From Azolla caroliniana (Eukaryota > Plantae > Polypodiophyta), in contig JBHGNT010000005.1 in assembly GCA_043228905.1 (NCBI GenBank), positions 20,584,001 to 20,648,000 of the forward strand: 64,000 nucleotides of DNA, given 5' to 3'. Position 1 is the stretch's first letter, and each line of letters opens with the position of its first letter. Of the stretch, positions 39,474 to 50,600 are shown piece by piece. The notes under the pieces were generated by a model. The model saw nothing but the letters and a program-made list of their open reading frames with translations. It was not told the origin of the DNA and made no database searches. A program made the position numbers and the translations under genes.

Positions 39474-41513
39474 ATGGAGGCTCAACAAGCTAACAATATG
39501 ATGGCGATGTTCGAACGGATGCTTCAAGAACAACGCACGATGTCGGAGATTTCGGCATCAGTAGAGCGGCTCATGCAACGCAACGGGCAATTTAATGGTA
39601 AGGATGTGTCGCGATATTTGCAGGACTACAAGGCGGAGATGCTCCGGTGCCGGGCTTCGGAAGGACTGCAAGTGACATCCTTTAACCGGGTGGCGACCGA
39701 CGGGCTTCAAGGGAGTATCCACGGGTTGCAACAACAAAATCCGACGTGGGAAGCATTCGAAGAGGCGTTAAAGACCACGTTTGCCATCGAGGACTCCTCC
39801 AAGGCAACGTGGAGGGGATTCGAGGATTGGGTGGAAACGTCAGGTAAGGGGCTGAAGGTCCTCGAAGTGTTTTCGACATTCGAAAGTCAGTTCGGGAGGT
39901 TGTCCGCGAGAGATCAAACTATTCTTGCACCGGACAAAGTCATCATGTTTTTGCGAGCTGTGGACGTCCGGGACCGGAAAGATCTCGGAGTGCTTCTTGA
40001 GGACACGACCACCGAAAGCGGCCTCACCGAAACATGGGAAAGCGTGCGGGATATCGTCGCGCGGTACACGAAGAGGGGGCAATGGCTTGCCAACGAAGAA
40101 AAGAGGGTTTCGGAACCGATTCCGAAACCGAGAACGGGACTGGAAGACCATCAACCGAGGGCTCGGGAGATTACGGCCGAGAAGGGAGTCGACGCGTCTA
40201 CGGTGGAGCAGCTGCTGAAGGAGATGGAGAATCTAAAGATCGCGATGGTGAAGAAGTCGGATGACCGCCCCACAAGCTCCAAATATACGGATCGACGGTG
40301 CATATGGTGCGATAGCGCCGAACACGATCGGAGGGATTGCGACGACCATAAGGAGGCGCTACGACGGGATCTCATCTACTACGAGGGAAACCGGATTCAT
40401 TCGATGGACTCTCGGAAGCCACTCCGACCGAACTTCCGGAAAGGCGGCATGAAGAAGGTGCTCGAGGAGGAGTTAGCGGCAAGAAGCAACTATGCGACAA
40501 CCGCGGGAATATGTGTCGGGGAGTCATCGGGAGCGAAGGCGTCTTTCTGGCCGGAGGTGCTAGGAAACACCGAGAAAACCGACTCCAACGATATCCGAAA
40601 CACCGCGGAAGGCGTCCGGGAAGCTACGGGATGGGAGTGCCCTGTCGACAAAAATAGCATATACGCCCTGTGTCAATTACATGAGGTGTATGTGGACGAG
40701 AAACGACGGCGCACGGAGGATGCGGCCGGACCATCGAAGATACCGGAAAGCTGGAACTCCGGAGGTAAGGGAAAAGAAAAGGCGACTCCGGCATTCAAGC
40801 TCGCCTCGAACATAGAACAACAAACCGACTTGAAAAGAGTGTTCGAGGAAAGAATCTTGGATAGCCGGGTAGATTTTTCGCTGCGGGAACTACTCGGAAT
40901 AGCGAAGAAGGAGTTTCACGATCTTCTCGTGGATCTCGTGAAAAGGAAGAGACAAAGTACGGAGGAAAATGCTCCAAGGGTGAATGCAAATACCGTTTCA
41001 ATGAACGACACCGAAGTGGAAGGCGAAATTCCGAACTCCCACTATACAAGGCCACACTGGGCACGTGCGACTACGGAGACTCCGGTCCGAATCGGCAGCA
41101 TCAAAGAACCCGTGCTAGCATTGATTGATCACGGATCGGAGATCAACTTGATGTCCAAGGAGTTCTACCGAAAGGGGAAGTGGCCTATAAACACCAACCA
41201 TGGATGGAAGATTCGGGCAGCCACGAAAACGACAAAAGACCTATTTGCAGCTTGTCCGGATGTGACGGTAAAGATCGGGGATGTCGAAATTGACCAAAAT
41301 TTCTTTGTGCAGGATGAGGTTTCACATTCTGTCATCCTCGGCCAACCCTTTATCACGGCTTCACGGATGGAGACGAAGGTGCTCGATAGTGGTGCGGCTT
41401 TTGCGCGAATTCGGAGCCAAAACGGAGGGAAATCCGTCCAATTCCTAACGGTGCCGGCAAATCACGAAAGGAACAAGAGGGAACTCTTGTCCCAAGTGAG
41501 AATGGATTTTTAA
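39474..41513 (+). CDS. Gag-protease polyprotein
   Basis: Uninterrupted ORF; first ATG after the PBS at 39474. CCHC CIWCDSAEHDRRDC; protease ALIDHGSEINLM...VILGQPF. Confidence 0.9.
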   Translation: MEAQQANNMMAMFERMLQEQRTMSEISASVERLMQRNGQFNGKDVSRYLQDYKAEMLRCRASEGLQVTSFNRVATDGLQGSIHGLQQQNPTWEAFEEALKTTFAIEDSSKATWRGFEDWVETSGKGLKVLEVFSTFESQFGRLSARDQTILAPDKVIMFLRAVDVRDRKDLGVLLEDTTTESGLTETWESVRDIVARYTKRGQWLANEEKRVSEPIPKPRTGLEDHQPRAREITAEKGVDASTVEQLLKEMENLKIAMVKKSDDRPTSSKYTDRRCIWCDSAEHDRRDCDDHKEALRRDLIYYEGNRIHSMDSRKPLRPNFRKGGMKKVLEEELAARSNYATTAGICVGESSGAKASFWPEVLGNTEKTDSNDIRNTAEGVREATGWECPVDKNSIYALCQLHEVYVDEKRRRTEDAAGPSKIPESWNSGGKGKEKATPAFKLASNIEQQTDLKRVFEERILDSRVDFSLRELLGIAKKEFHDLLVDLVKRKRQSTEENAPRVNANTVSMNDTEVEGEIPNSHYTRPHWARATTETPVRIGSIKEPVLALIDHGSEINLMSKEFYRKGKWPINTNHGWKIRAATKTTKDLFAACPDVTVKIGDVEIDQNFFVQDEVSHSVILGQPFITASRMETKVLDSGAAFARIRSQNGGKSVQFLTVPANHERNKRELLSQVRMDF

Positions 41514-44500
41514 AGCGGACTGTTGCGGAGTGGGGAAGTGATAGTCCGAGAAGCCCTGATACCCCACACAGGAAGAAAACTCTCGGAGCAAAACAAGTAC
41601 GAATCGGCCTGGATGGGGCATCTACGTACACGGCCGTAACCGGAGGAATGAAGAAACAATACCGACAAGTGGAGGATAAGTTACGGTCGGCATCAATAAT
41701 AAAAGAAGACGAAGAAATCGTGGGAGTGATCGAGGAAGTGTTCTATGGGAATACACTACAACGGCTTGAAGAGCTTGCGGAAGATAAAAGCCAAGGGAAC
41801 CGGGTAGTCCCGGTGGAATCGGTCGAGATGTACGAGATCGTTGCGAAAATGGGGCCGGATGCGCTCCGCAAAGAAGAAGCAATGGTAAGTACGAAATACA
41901 AGACCGTGGAGAAGAAGGTGAAACCGGCCGCGGGACCACTACCCGCCGATAGCGAACAAAAGAAGAAAGAAGTCTCGGGAGATCCGACACTTCGGAAGTC
42001 CGTGGATATCGGACATGCCTTCACAGATGAGACCCGGAAGAAACTTCGGATCGGTGGAGGTGGGTTCCTCTTACAAGAAGAAGAAAAACGGTTTCGAGAG
42101 ATGTTGGAGCAACATGGCAAAGCATTCGCGTTCACATCGAGGGAGATCGGATGCATTGATCCAAAGATAGTGGAGCCGATGGTGATTTTCACGATTGATC
42201 ATGTACCGTGGAACCTGAAGCCGATTCCGGTGCCACGGGCGCATATTCCGAAAGTCATCGACTTGCTCAAGGAGAAGGTGGCGATGGGGATTCTAGAGCC
42301 ATCAAGTGCTCCGTACTCAAATCGATGGTTTACGGTTCCGAAGAAGAATGGGTCACTCCGATTCATCCAAGACTTGCAACCGGTGAACAAGGTCACGATC
42401 CGGAACTCGGGAGTCGGTCCGATAGTGGACGAATTCGCGGAAGCTTTTGCCGGACGTGCGATATACTCCATCGGGGACCTATACTCGGGGTATGACCAAT
42501 TCCAACTAGCCGTGGAGAGCCGAGACATCACTACCATGCGGACACCGATAGGACTAGTTCGAATGTGCACACTACCACAAGGAGCGACAAACTCGGTTGC
42601 ACATATGATGAACGCGATGAACAAGGTGCTTCGAGATTGCATCCCGGAGATAACGATGCCGTTTCTAGATGACATTCCGATGAAAGGATGCGCGGTGGAA
42701 GAAAAAGATGAGACTATGGATGATCGGGGATGCCGAAAGTTCGTGGTCGACCATATTCATGATTGCGAGAAAGTGTTGCGAAAGCTAGAAGATGTGCACC
42801 TAACACTTTCCGGGGAGAAATCGGCATTCGGGCAAGAAGAAATATTGGTGGTCGGACATCTATGTGGACCCTACGGCCGAAGACCGTCACCAACAAAGGT
42901 CGATGCGATTCAAGCTATGAAGGAAGTATGTGAGTCAACATCGGAAGTCCGAAGGTTTCTGGGTGCGTGTGCATTCTATCACATATGGATTCCACACTAT
43001 GCACATATAGCGGACCCGCTCTATCACTTGTTGCGGAAAGGTAAGAAATTCGAGTGGAAACCGGAACACACTAAAGCCATGAGGAAGCTCAAGAAGACAC
43101 TATGGAGGGCGGAATCACTTAAGAAGCCAAGCTACGAGCGGCCAATCATAGTAACGGTTGATACAAGTCCAACCGGTATCGGGTGGGTCATCAATCAAGC
43201 CGACTCGGATGGTTCGCGGTATCCGATCCGATTTGGAGCAAAGGTCCTCAACGAAAGGCAACGCGGATATGCACAAGTCAAAAGAGAATTGTGGGGAGTC
43301 GTGTCGGCGATAAAATCGGATCGGGATTATTTGATCGGAGCTGAAGTGGTGATCGAGACGGATTGTCTTCCGATACTCGGGATGATGCGGTGTTGTACGA
43401 TACCGGATGTGGCTATGCTAAGGTGGATTGCATATGTCAAGTCACTTAATCCGGAGGTTCGACACATCTCGGGGAAGGACAACGCGGTAGCGGACATGTT
43501 ATCGAGGGCGCGGTTTGAAGACGACATAACCGAATCAGATAATGAAGAAGTTTCCGAAGACTACTTCACGTCAGAACACATATGCCGAGTGAACGTGATC
43601 CGAGAATTCCGGGAAGAAGAATACGAGGGGGAAACCTTGATGATCGGAAAGATGCTACAAGAGGTCGAGGATTCAACCAATGATAAAGAAAGGAGAGCCG
43701 AGATCCGAAGGAAGAAGAGGCAAGTCCAAAAGTTCTTCTTGGAAAACGGTTTAATATGGAGGACGCCGAAAAGACCGGATGGGATACCACTTCGAGTAGT
43801 CGGGACGAAAGAGCAACGAAACCGGATAATGTCCAAGTTCCACGAATCCGATTGGGCTGGACATCGAGGAACATGGGCAACTTTTGTGAAAATCAAGCAA
43901 AGATATTGGTGGAAGAACATGTATAAAGATGTCGCGGAGTTCACAGAAAGCTGCGAGAAATGTCAAGTCTACTCCGGGGTCCGACACCGAGATGAGCTGC
44001 ATCCGACATTCTCACCGACAATCAACTTCAAGTGGATGGTCGACATTGTAGCTATGCCGATCGGGATTGGAAAAAAGAAATACTTGGTGTTAGCTCGAGA
44101 AGATCTCACAAACCAAGTTGAAGGTCGAGCGCTTCGGAGGAAAACGTGTGCCGCGGTGTGCCAATTTCTTTTGGAAGAAGTGTTTTGTAGGTACGGCTGC
44201 GTAGGACAAGTGATTGCGGACCGGGGAGAACTCGACTCGGACAAAGCTAGGGGATTCTTCGCCAAACATGGAGTTCGGTTAACGTTGACAACGGCCTACA
44301 ATCCGGAGGCCAACGGGAAGATCGAACGAGGACATAGTCCGATCGTGAAAGCACTTGCGAAGGCATGCGACGGAAGGGTGAAGGATTGGCCACAAATGCT
44401 TCCGTATGCACTATGGGCGGATCGGACGACGCATAGCTCCGTGACCTGTTACATGCCGGCAGAACTCATGACCGGACAAGCACCGGTAATGCCAACGGAA

Positions 44501-45115
44501 ACCGCAATCGCGACATGGACAATACTACCGTGGAAGGAAGAGATGAGTCGGGAAGAACTACTAGCGGTCCGGATACGACAACTGGAGGGAAGACCGAAAG
44601 ATGTAGCGGAAGCGTCACGCCGACAACAAGAAGCACGGTTCCGGAACAAAAGCCGGTTCGACACAAAGCACCGACTACGACCGAGGAGGATTGAAGAAGG
44701 AGATTGGGTGATCGTCTATGATAGTAGCTTGGACCATCAACATACAACGATGCGGAAATTCGCGAAAAGGTGGTTCGGGCCGTACGAGGTTCGGAAGGTC
44801 TTCGACAACGGGACGTACCGACTGTCCGAGTTGGATGGAACAATACTACGAGTGCCTATAGCCGGGAAGCGGGTGAAGATTTTCAAGAAGCGGACCGACG
44901 ACAAACCTTATGTGATCCAAGTCGAGGCCGACAACGAGGAGCAATCGGACGAAGACCACAATGATGCGGGAAGCGAAGAAAGTGGATTACAACTCATAGT
45001 CGACATAAGGGGAGAATCGGAGGAAGCTTCGGATGAAGACGGATACGAAGAATCAAGAACTTCGGCACATACCGGAGGATGTGCGGGTTTGGAGGGGGCG
45101 AGTGTCGTAGTGTAG
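41510..45115 (+). CDS. Pol (RT-RNase H-integrase), probably expressed by -1 frameshift
   Basis: Frame is open from 41510 to 45115. RT DLYSGY/FLDD, RH VDTS...DNAVADMLSR, IN H-H-CxxC, ADRGE, NGKIER, GPY. Confidence 0.92.
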   Translation, partial: LKRTVAEWGSDSPRSPDTPHRKKTLGAKQVRIGLDGASTYTAVTGGMKKQYRQVEDKLRSASIIKEDEEIVGVIEEVFYGNTLQRLEELAEDKSQGNRVVPVESVEMYEIVAKMGPDALRKEEAMVSTKYKTVEKKVKPAAGPLPADSEQKKKEVSGDPTLRKSVDIGHAFTDETRKKLRIGGGGFLLQEEEKRFREMLEQHGKAFAFTSREIGCIDPKIVEPMVIFTIDHVPWNLKPIPVPRAHIPKVIDLLKEKVAMGILEPSSAPYSNRWFTVPKKNGSLRFIQDLQPVNKVTIRNSGVGPIVDEFAEAFAGRAIYSIGDLYSGYDQFQLAVESRDITTMRTPIGLVRMCTLPQGATNSVAHMMNAMNKVLRDCIPEITMPFLDDIPMKGCAVEEKDETMDDRGCRKFVVDHIHDCEKVLRKLEDVHLTLSGEKSAFGQEEILVVGHLCGPYGRRPSPTKVDAIQAMKEVCESTSEVRRFLGACAFYHIWIPHYAHIADPLYHLLRKGKKFEWKPEHTKAMRKLKKTLWRAESLKKPSYERPIIVTVDTSPTGIGWVINQADSDGSRYPIRFGAKVLNERQRGYAQVKRELWGVVSAIKSDRDYLIGAEVVIETDCLPILGMMRCCTIPDVAMLRWIAYVKSLNPEVRHISGKDNAVADMLSRARFEDDITESDNEEVSEDYFTSEHICRVNVIREFREEEYEGETLMIGKMLQEVEDSTNDKERRAEIRRKKRQVQKFFLENGLIWRTPKRPDGIPLRVVGTKEQRNRIMSKFHESDWAGHRGTWATFVKIKQRYWWKNMYKDVAEFTESCEKCQVYSGVRHRDELHPTFSPTINFKWMVDIVAMPIGIGKKKYLVLAREDLTNQVEGRALRRKTCAAVCQFLLEEVFCRYGCVGQVIADRGELDSDKARGFFAKHGVRLTLTTAYNPEANGKIERGHSPIVKALAKACDGRVKDWPQMLPYALWADRTTHSSVTCYMPAELMTGQAPVMPTETAIATWTILPWKEEMSREELLAVRIRQLEGRPKDVAEASRRQQEARFRNKSRFDTKHRLRPRRIEEGDWVIVYDSSLDHQHTTMRKFAKRWFGPYEVRKVFDNGTYRLSELDGTILRVPIAGKRVKIFKKRTDDKPYVIQVEADNEEQSDEDHNDAGSEESGLQLIVDIRGESEEASDEDGYEESRTSAHTGGCAGLEGASVVV

Positions 45116-46272
45116 GTTGCACACTATGTGGAAATTATATTTTTGTCCCTCCGGATAGAGAATGGAGTGCTCGGTGAGAACCGGAAGAAAATGGCATACC
45201 GGCAAGGAGGAAAACGGCATACCGGCAAGGAAGAAAACGGCATACCGGCAAGGAAGAGCCGGATAAAGAGACATAAATGTAAAAAAAATAATAATAAAAA
45301 GGAAATACTCACTACTGCGCAGGGCATGATTCGAACTCTACACCTCCACGTTGACAAACCCCAACCTTACCATTACATTAACTTATCTTAAGTGTTTTAA
45401 ATATAGATTTAATAGGTATAAGACCTTTATTTATGCATACCTTTAAAAGGTAAATCGTGTATTTTTTTATATATGAAAAAAAGAAAAGAAAAGAAAAACA
45501 CGAGACACTAAAAAATAACTCATGCACATCTAGCGTGCATGAGCCCTATATTTAGGAAATAAAAAAAAGCATCACATGCACATTTAGTGGACATGAACAC
45601 TTTTTGTAAAAAAAAAAGCATGAAGCCATGCTTAGCTCTTCCTTCCTTATATAAGGAGGAGAGAAATATGTATATGGTTGTTGATTTTTTTTGGATTAAG
45701 AATTAATCAATACAAAAATTATTCGTGGGATTCACGATTTATACATCTACTTCTCTCTTAACACCCTAAGTACCAATTAATATAGTATACTCGTGTGATT
45801 CACGAGTTTCTTATCTTTCTCTTTGCTATTTACTCATAATTAATCTCTATCTCACGAACTTCTTTCTCCTAGTCCAAGACCTCTGTGGTTCCCACCCGAC
45901 TCACGCAACGATCCGGAGCCGAAAGGCACGACAACGTCAGTACGAATGCCTTCGTTCGTAAGAATGCTCTCATGGTGGCATCGTATCCATGTAATGAGGG
46001 AGGGGTCGAAGCATGCTACGGTGTACCAACTTTTGGCCAAAAATTTAGTACTAAATCGAAGAAGAAAAGAAACATTAAAAATTGTAAATAAATTTCAAAA
46101 AACCAAAAACAAATTCATTACGTCACACTCGAATGTTCAAAGATATTATACGTCACACTCGAATGTCCCTAGGCCATATTTAATGCATTAAGTGTTGCCC
46201 CAGTCTCCTAGGTAGAGTTGTACGAAAGCACACCTGGAGAAGGTTTCCATTGTGACAGGTGGTCAGTGTCAA

Positions 46273-46327
46273 TCTCTCTCTCTCTGGTATTGGTAGTCGA
46301 ACGTGTCAGTTGGTATGTCTCTCTCTC

Positions 46328-46371
<44 letters not shown>

Positions 46372-46460
46372 GTCTCGAAGTTGTCAGACAGACACCTTCG
46401 AAGGTCTGTTTCTCTCTGTCTCTCACTCACTCTCTGTCTCTCTGTCTGTCTGTCTGTCTG

Positions 46461-46516
<56 letters not shown>

Positions 46517-46710
46517 GTCTCGAAGTTGTCAGACAGACACCGTCGAGGGTCTGTTTCTCTTTGTCTCTCACTCACTCTCTGTCTCTCTCTCTCTCTCTTC
46601 TACCTCGAAGTTGTCAGACAGACACCTTCGAAGGTCTGTTTCTCTCTGTCTCTCACTCCACCTTCGAAGGTCTCTTTCTTTCTTTCTTTCTGTTTCTCTC
46701 TCTCACTCCA
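46273..46710 (+). repeat. (CT)n microsatellites interleaved with three copies of TCGAAGTTGTCAGACAGACACCTTCGAAGGTCTGTTT
   Basis: Directly visible. Lies upstream of a likely 5'-UTR intron (CAG|GTA ~46962 to TAG| 47630) of the accessory gene. Confidence 0.85.
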
Positions 46711-47634
46711 CCTTCGATTCTCTGTTTCCCCGTTGTTGTTCTTGTGTTCCCCTCTGTGCCAGGTTCGATCTCTGAACTCTGTATACGCAGCAGCCTCTGA
46801 AGTTTGTCTCCTCTGCAGCAGCCTCTGAAGTTTGCTCGTTTGTCTCCTCTGCAGCAGCCTCTGACGTTTTGCTCGTTTGTCATCCTGAAGTTTTCTCGTT
46901 TGTCTCCCAAGGTATCGAAATCAAGACGGTGTGGTACCTCTGCAAGTTTAGCGACCTCCAGGTATTCTCTGTGTTGCATGCCCAACTGGTATGTATTCTT
47001 TTTCTGAATGTTTCCTCTCTGTCTGTTTTTTATTTGTATGTGTATGACCATTTGTAGGTTTTGATTATTCATAGTCTATGTGTTGCATGCCCAACTGGTA
47101 TGTTTTTGTTTTCTCTGTGTTTCTCTGTGTTTCTTTTAAAAATGTATCACAATATTTTGTTCGATGTGGTTGTGTGTTAGACATGTTTGTACATGTGGCC
47201 AAAATGGAGTTGGCTATGATGAGTTGCTATGTTTTTGTTTTGTTAATGTTTCATGTCCATCTGTTTTTATTTTGTGTGAGTTTGGCATGGATGAGTTTTT
47301 TTCCTACTATTTTGGGTTTTTGTATGTTGGACATGGCTTGTACATGCGATGTGATGGAGTTGGTTATGATGATTTACAAAGTTTTCGTTTTCTTTGACTT
47401 TCCTATTCGTCTGTTTTTATTTTCTGTGTGTTTGACATGGATGAGTTTTATTTTCTGTGTGTTTGACTATTTAGGGTTATTGTGTGTTGATTTGCAATGT
47501 GATGATTTGCTATGTGGTTTGTACATGTGGTTTGTACATGCAATGTGATGATTTGCTATGTGTTGATGGTAATTGCGATGTGTTGATGGTAATTGATTTG
47601 CTATGTGTTGATGAGAATTGTGTTGACTAGGAAA

Positions 47635-50600
47635 ATGACGAGAAGGACACCCATAAAGAAGACATTGATGAAAGAGAAAGTGAAGACACCAGTGAAGGAA
47701 GGAAGAAGGACACCCATGAAAGAAAGCAAGAAGACACCCACAAGAGAAAGGGTGATGAATTCATCAACACAGAGAAAGAAGACCTGGCAGTACCAGTCCA
47801 TCAGTCGAGACACACCTCTTGGATGGAATTATTTCCTTCGGGCACGACCTGACGTTTACCCAGAGTTGAGAGAGTGGTTGTTAAAAACCTGGGGGTCAGC
47901 ACATCCCGACACAAGGCGAGGATTCCACATGAGTGGTTTGAAGAGGGAATACATCAATTTATTGAAGACGAGATACGAACATGTTTATGATACAAATCAA
48001 ATCACTAACAATGAGGTGGGTACTGTTTTTGCACGTGCTTTTGCATGTGAAGTTCAAGGTGGCATCGACGTTAATTGGGAAGATTTTAATCGGCACCGGT
48101 CAGAACATTACAAAGGGTCCTCCAGTACCAACACTGGCTTGAAGTCATCTGGAACCTCTCATGTGGATATTCCAGCTACAACACCTGTCCAACAAGTTCT
48201 AGAGGCAAAGGTACGGGCCACAATGACTGAAAAACATGAACAGATGATGGCTGGTTGCATAGCTTCTATGAGCTCAAGAATACAAGCACTACTTGCTGAT
48301 TTGGAAGCAGTTAAATCAGCTGAGATACAGGCAGAAAAGAAATTTTCTTCAATAAAGACTACATATGAATGGATTGCATCGACAATCCAAAATTCAGAAA
48401 GTGAGGTGTTGAAAGAGGAGTTGAAGAAAGAGCTGAACAATATGGGTGCTCAATTACATTCACAGATGACAGACCTTGATACTTGTAGGAATGCACATGA
48501 AGAAATAGATAATAAGTTGTCAGCCTTAAAGTTGCATTCTGAGAACCTTGCATGCTTGATGCAGGATTTAAAACATAATGGTTTTGATACTTTGTGTCCA
48601 TCTGTAATTGAGCACCCAAGTGGTATAGAAAGTACCATTACTAGTATAGCTATATCACGGTATTAGCTTTAAAAGTTATTTATTTCTACTTTTATGGTAT
48701 AAATAAGTGAGCAGCTAATATATTATAACTTGTGTTTGCAATCTTCCAGGTGTATATTTTGTGGCCTCGGATTCAAGCTGGAGGCTATGGATGTTGTGAT
48801 TACACCATGCTTGCACACATATCATGTGCTATGTGCTAAGTATCATTTTGAGAAAGAGAATACATGTATGGACTGTAAAACTACAATTGCGGCTGAGTGG
48901 TACTATGCTTGGGGTTTAAAAGTACACCCGTACGGTATGTGGCTCTACTATTCTATTGTTTGTATTATATAATGTCAATTATCATTTGGACTAGAACTAG
49001 TGTATGCCACAATTCATACTTAAAATTTAGGAGAACAATGGATTAGTATTAGTGTATCTCTAACAACAATGGGATAGTATTGGCAGTACTCTTAATATAT
49101 AATTGGTATGTGTAGTTAGTTGAAGGGATATTTTCCAGAATTAGTAGTACTAAAAGGGAACCAGGTACAACATCGTCCAATCTATATTGTAACTTGCCTA
49201 GTATTAGTTTAGTAAACACTATACTTATAGTACACTGTTGACTGTTAGTATTGTTTGTGTAACTTGGAAATTAGTACTAGTAATGTAATTTGGGAACAAG
49301 GTGTCACTTAAATTGCTGAATAATAGTACAGTTTCTGTAATTTGGAAATGAGGTGTGTGAAACACATATCACGTTTAGTACTAATACTGTTCAAGTTCAA
49401 TACTGTTGGTGTAATTAGTACAAGTTATGTAACTAGGTGTGTAGAACACATATCACGTTTAGTATTACTTGTGTGCAAAATACCAATCTACATTTGTTGG
49501 ATTAGTACTTAGTAATTACTACATTGTTCATGATTAGTACTAGTTTTGTACTTTGTGAACTAAGTTTCTAGTACATTGCTCATGATTAGTAATAGTTTTG
49601 TAACTAAGTGAGTAGTACATTGCTCATGATTAGTACTAGTTTTGTAATTTGGGAACTGAGTAGTACTTTGTTCCCTATTAGTACTAGATTTGTACCTTAT
49701 TTGTGTAAATTGGTAACTAAGTGAGTAGTATATTGTGCATGATTAGTACTATTTGTGTAATTTGGGAACTAAGTGAGCAGTACATTGTTCGGGATTAGTA
49801 CTAGTTCAGTGATTTAGGAAATAAGTGAGTAGTACATTGTTCAAGATTAGTACTACTTATAAATTTGACAAAGTCAGTGGTGCATTTTTCGGGATTAGTA
49901 CTTGTGCATGATTAGTACTACTTGTGTATATTGTGCATGATTAGTACTATTTGTGTAATTTGCGAACTAAGTGAGCAGTACATTGTTCCTTATAAGTACT
50001 AGTCCACTAATTTAGGAAACAAGTGAGTAGTACATTGTTCATGATTAGTACAGTGGTACATTGTTCGGGATTAGTACTCCTTGTGTAACATGGTAACTAA
50101 GTGAGTAGTATATTCTGCATGATTAGTACTACTTGTGTATATTGTGCATGATTAGTACTACTTGTGTAAATTGGGAACTAAGTGAGCAGTACATTGTTCC
50201 TTATTAGTACTAGTTCAGTAAATTAGGAACTATGTGAGGAGTACATTGTGACCTACATTGTATATTTTAGATGATGGTACTAACGTTCAACGTTTTTTTG
50301 TTTCTTGCAATGAATGTCGTAGTGTCAAGCAACTCCACGCCAGGGAAGGTCATGGAACTACCAGCCCCTGTGCCTAAACCCTCAATATCTGCCGCACATT
50401 CCAAGGTTCAGGGACCATCATTACCAATAACCTATGATTTTTATGATGAGGATGAATGTATGAGAAGGGCCATTGGAGCAGTGGAACATATGCTTCTACA
50501 AACAAATTCCCCAAGCTCCGGTCAACAATTTGAAATAGAGCCCACTAAGAAGAGAAATGATGTGTCTTTAGAAATAGAGCCCAGTAAGAAGAGAAATGCT

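Larger units (their letters stand above)
38605..45933 (+). mobile_element. Apparently intact tRNA-Trp-primed non-chromovirus Ty3/gypsy element (possibly Phygy/Selgy-related)
   Basis: Two 831-bp LTRs (38605-39435, 45103-45933) with about 4 differences by eye. TSD ACGT. PBS TGGTGAACCCGACGTGAA 39440-39457 is complementary to the plant tRNA-Trp 3' end. PPT GGAGGGGGCGAG. Confidence 0.96.

Noticed and set aside
46218-47548. Several 100-190 aa ORFs
   Set aside because: Artifacts of CT/GT-rich low-complexity UTR and intron sequence.
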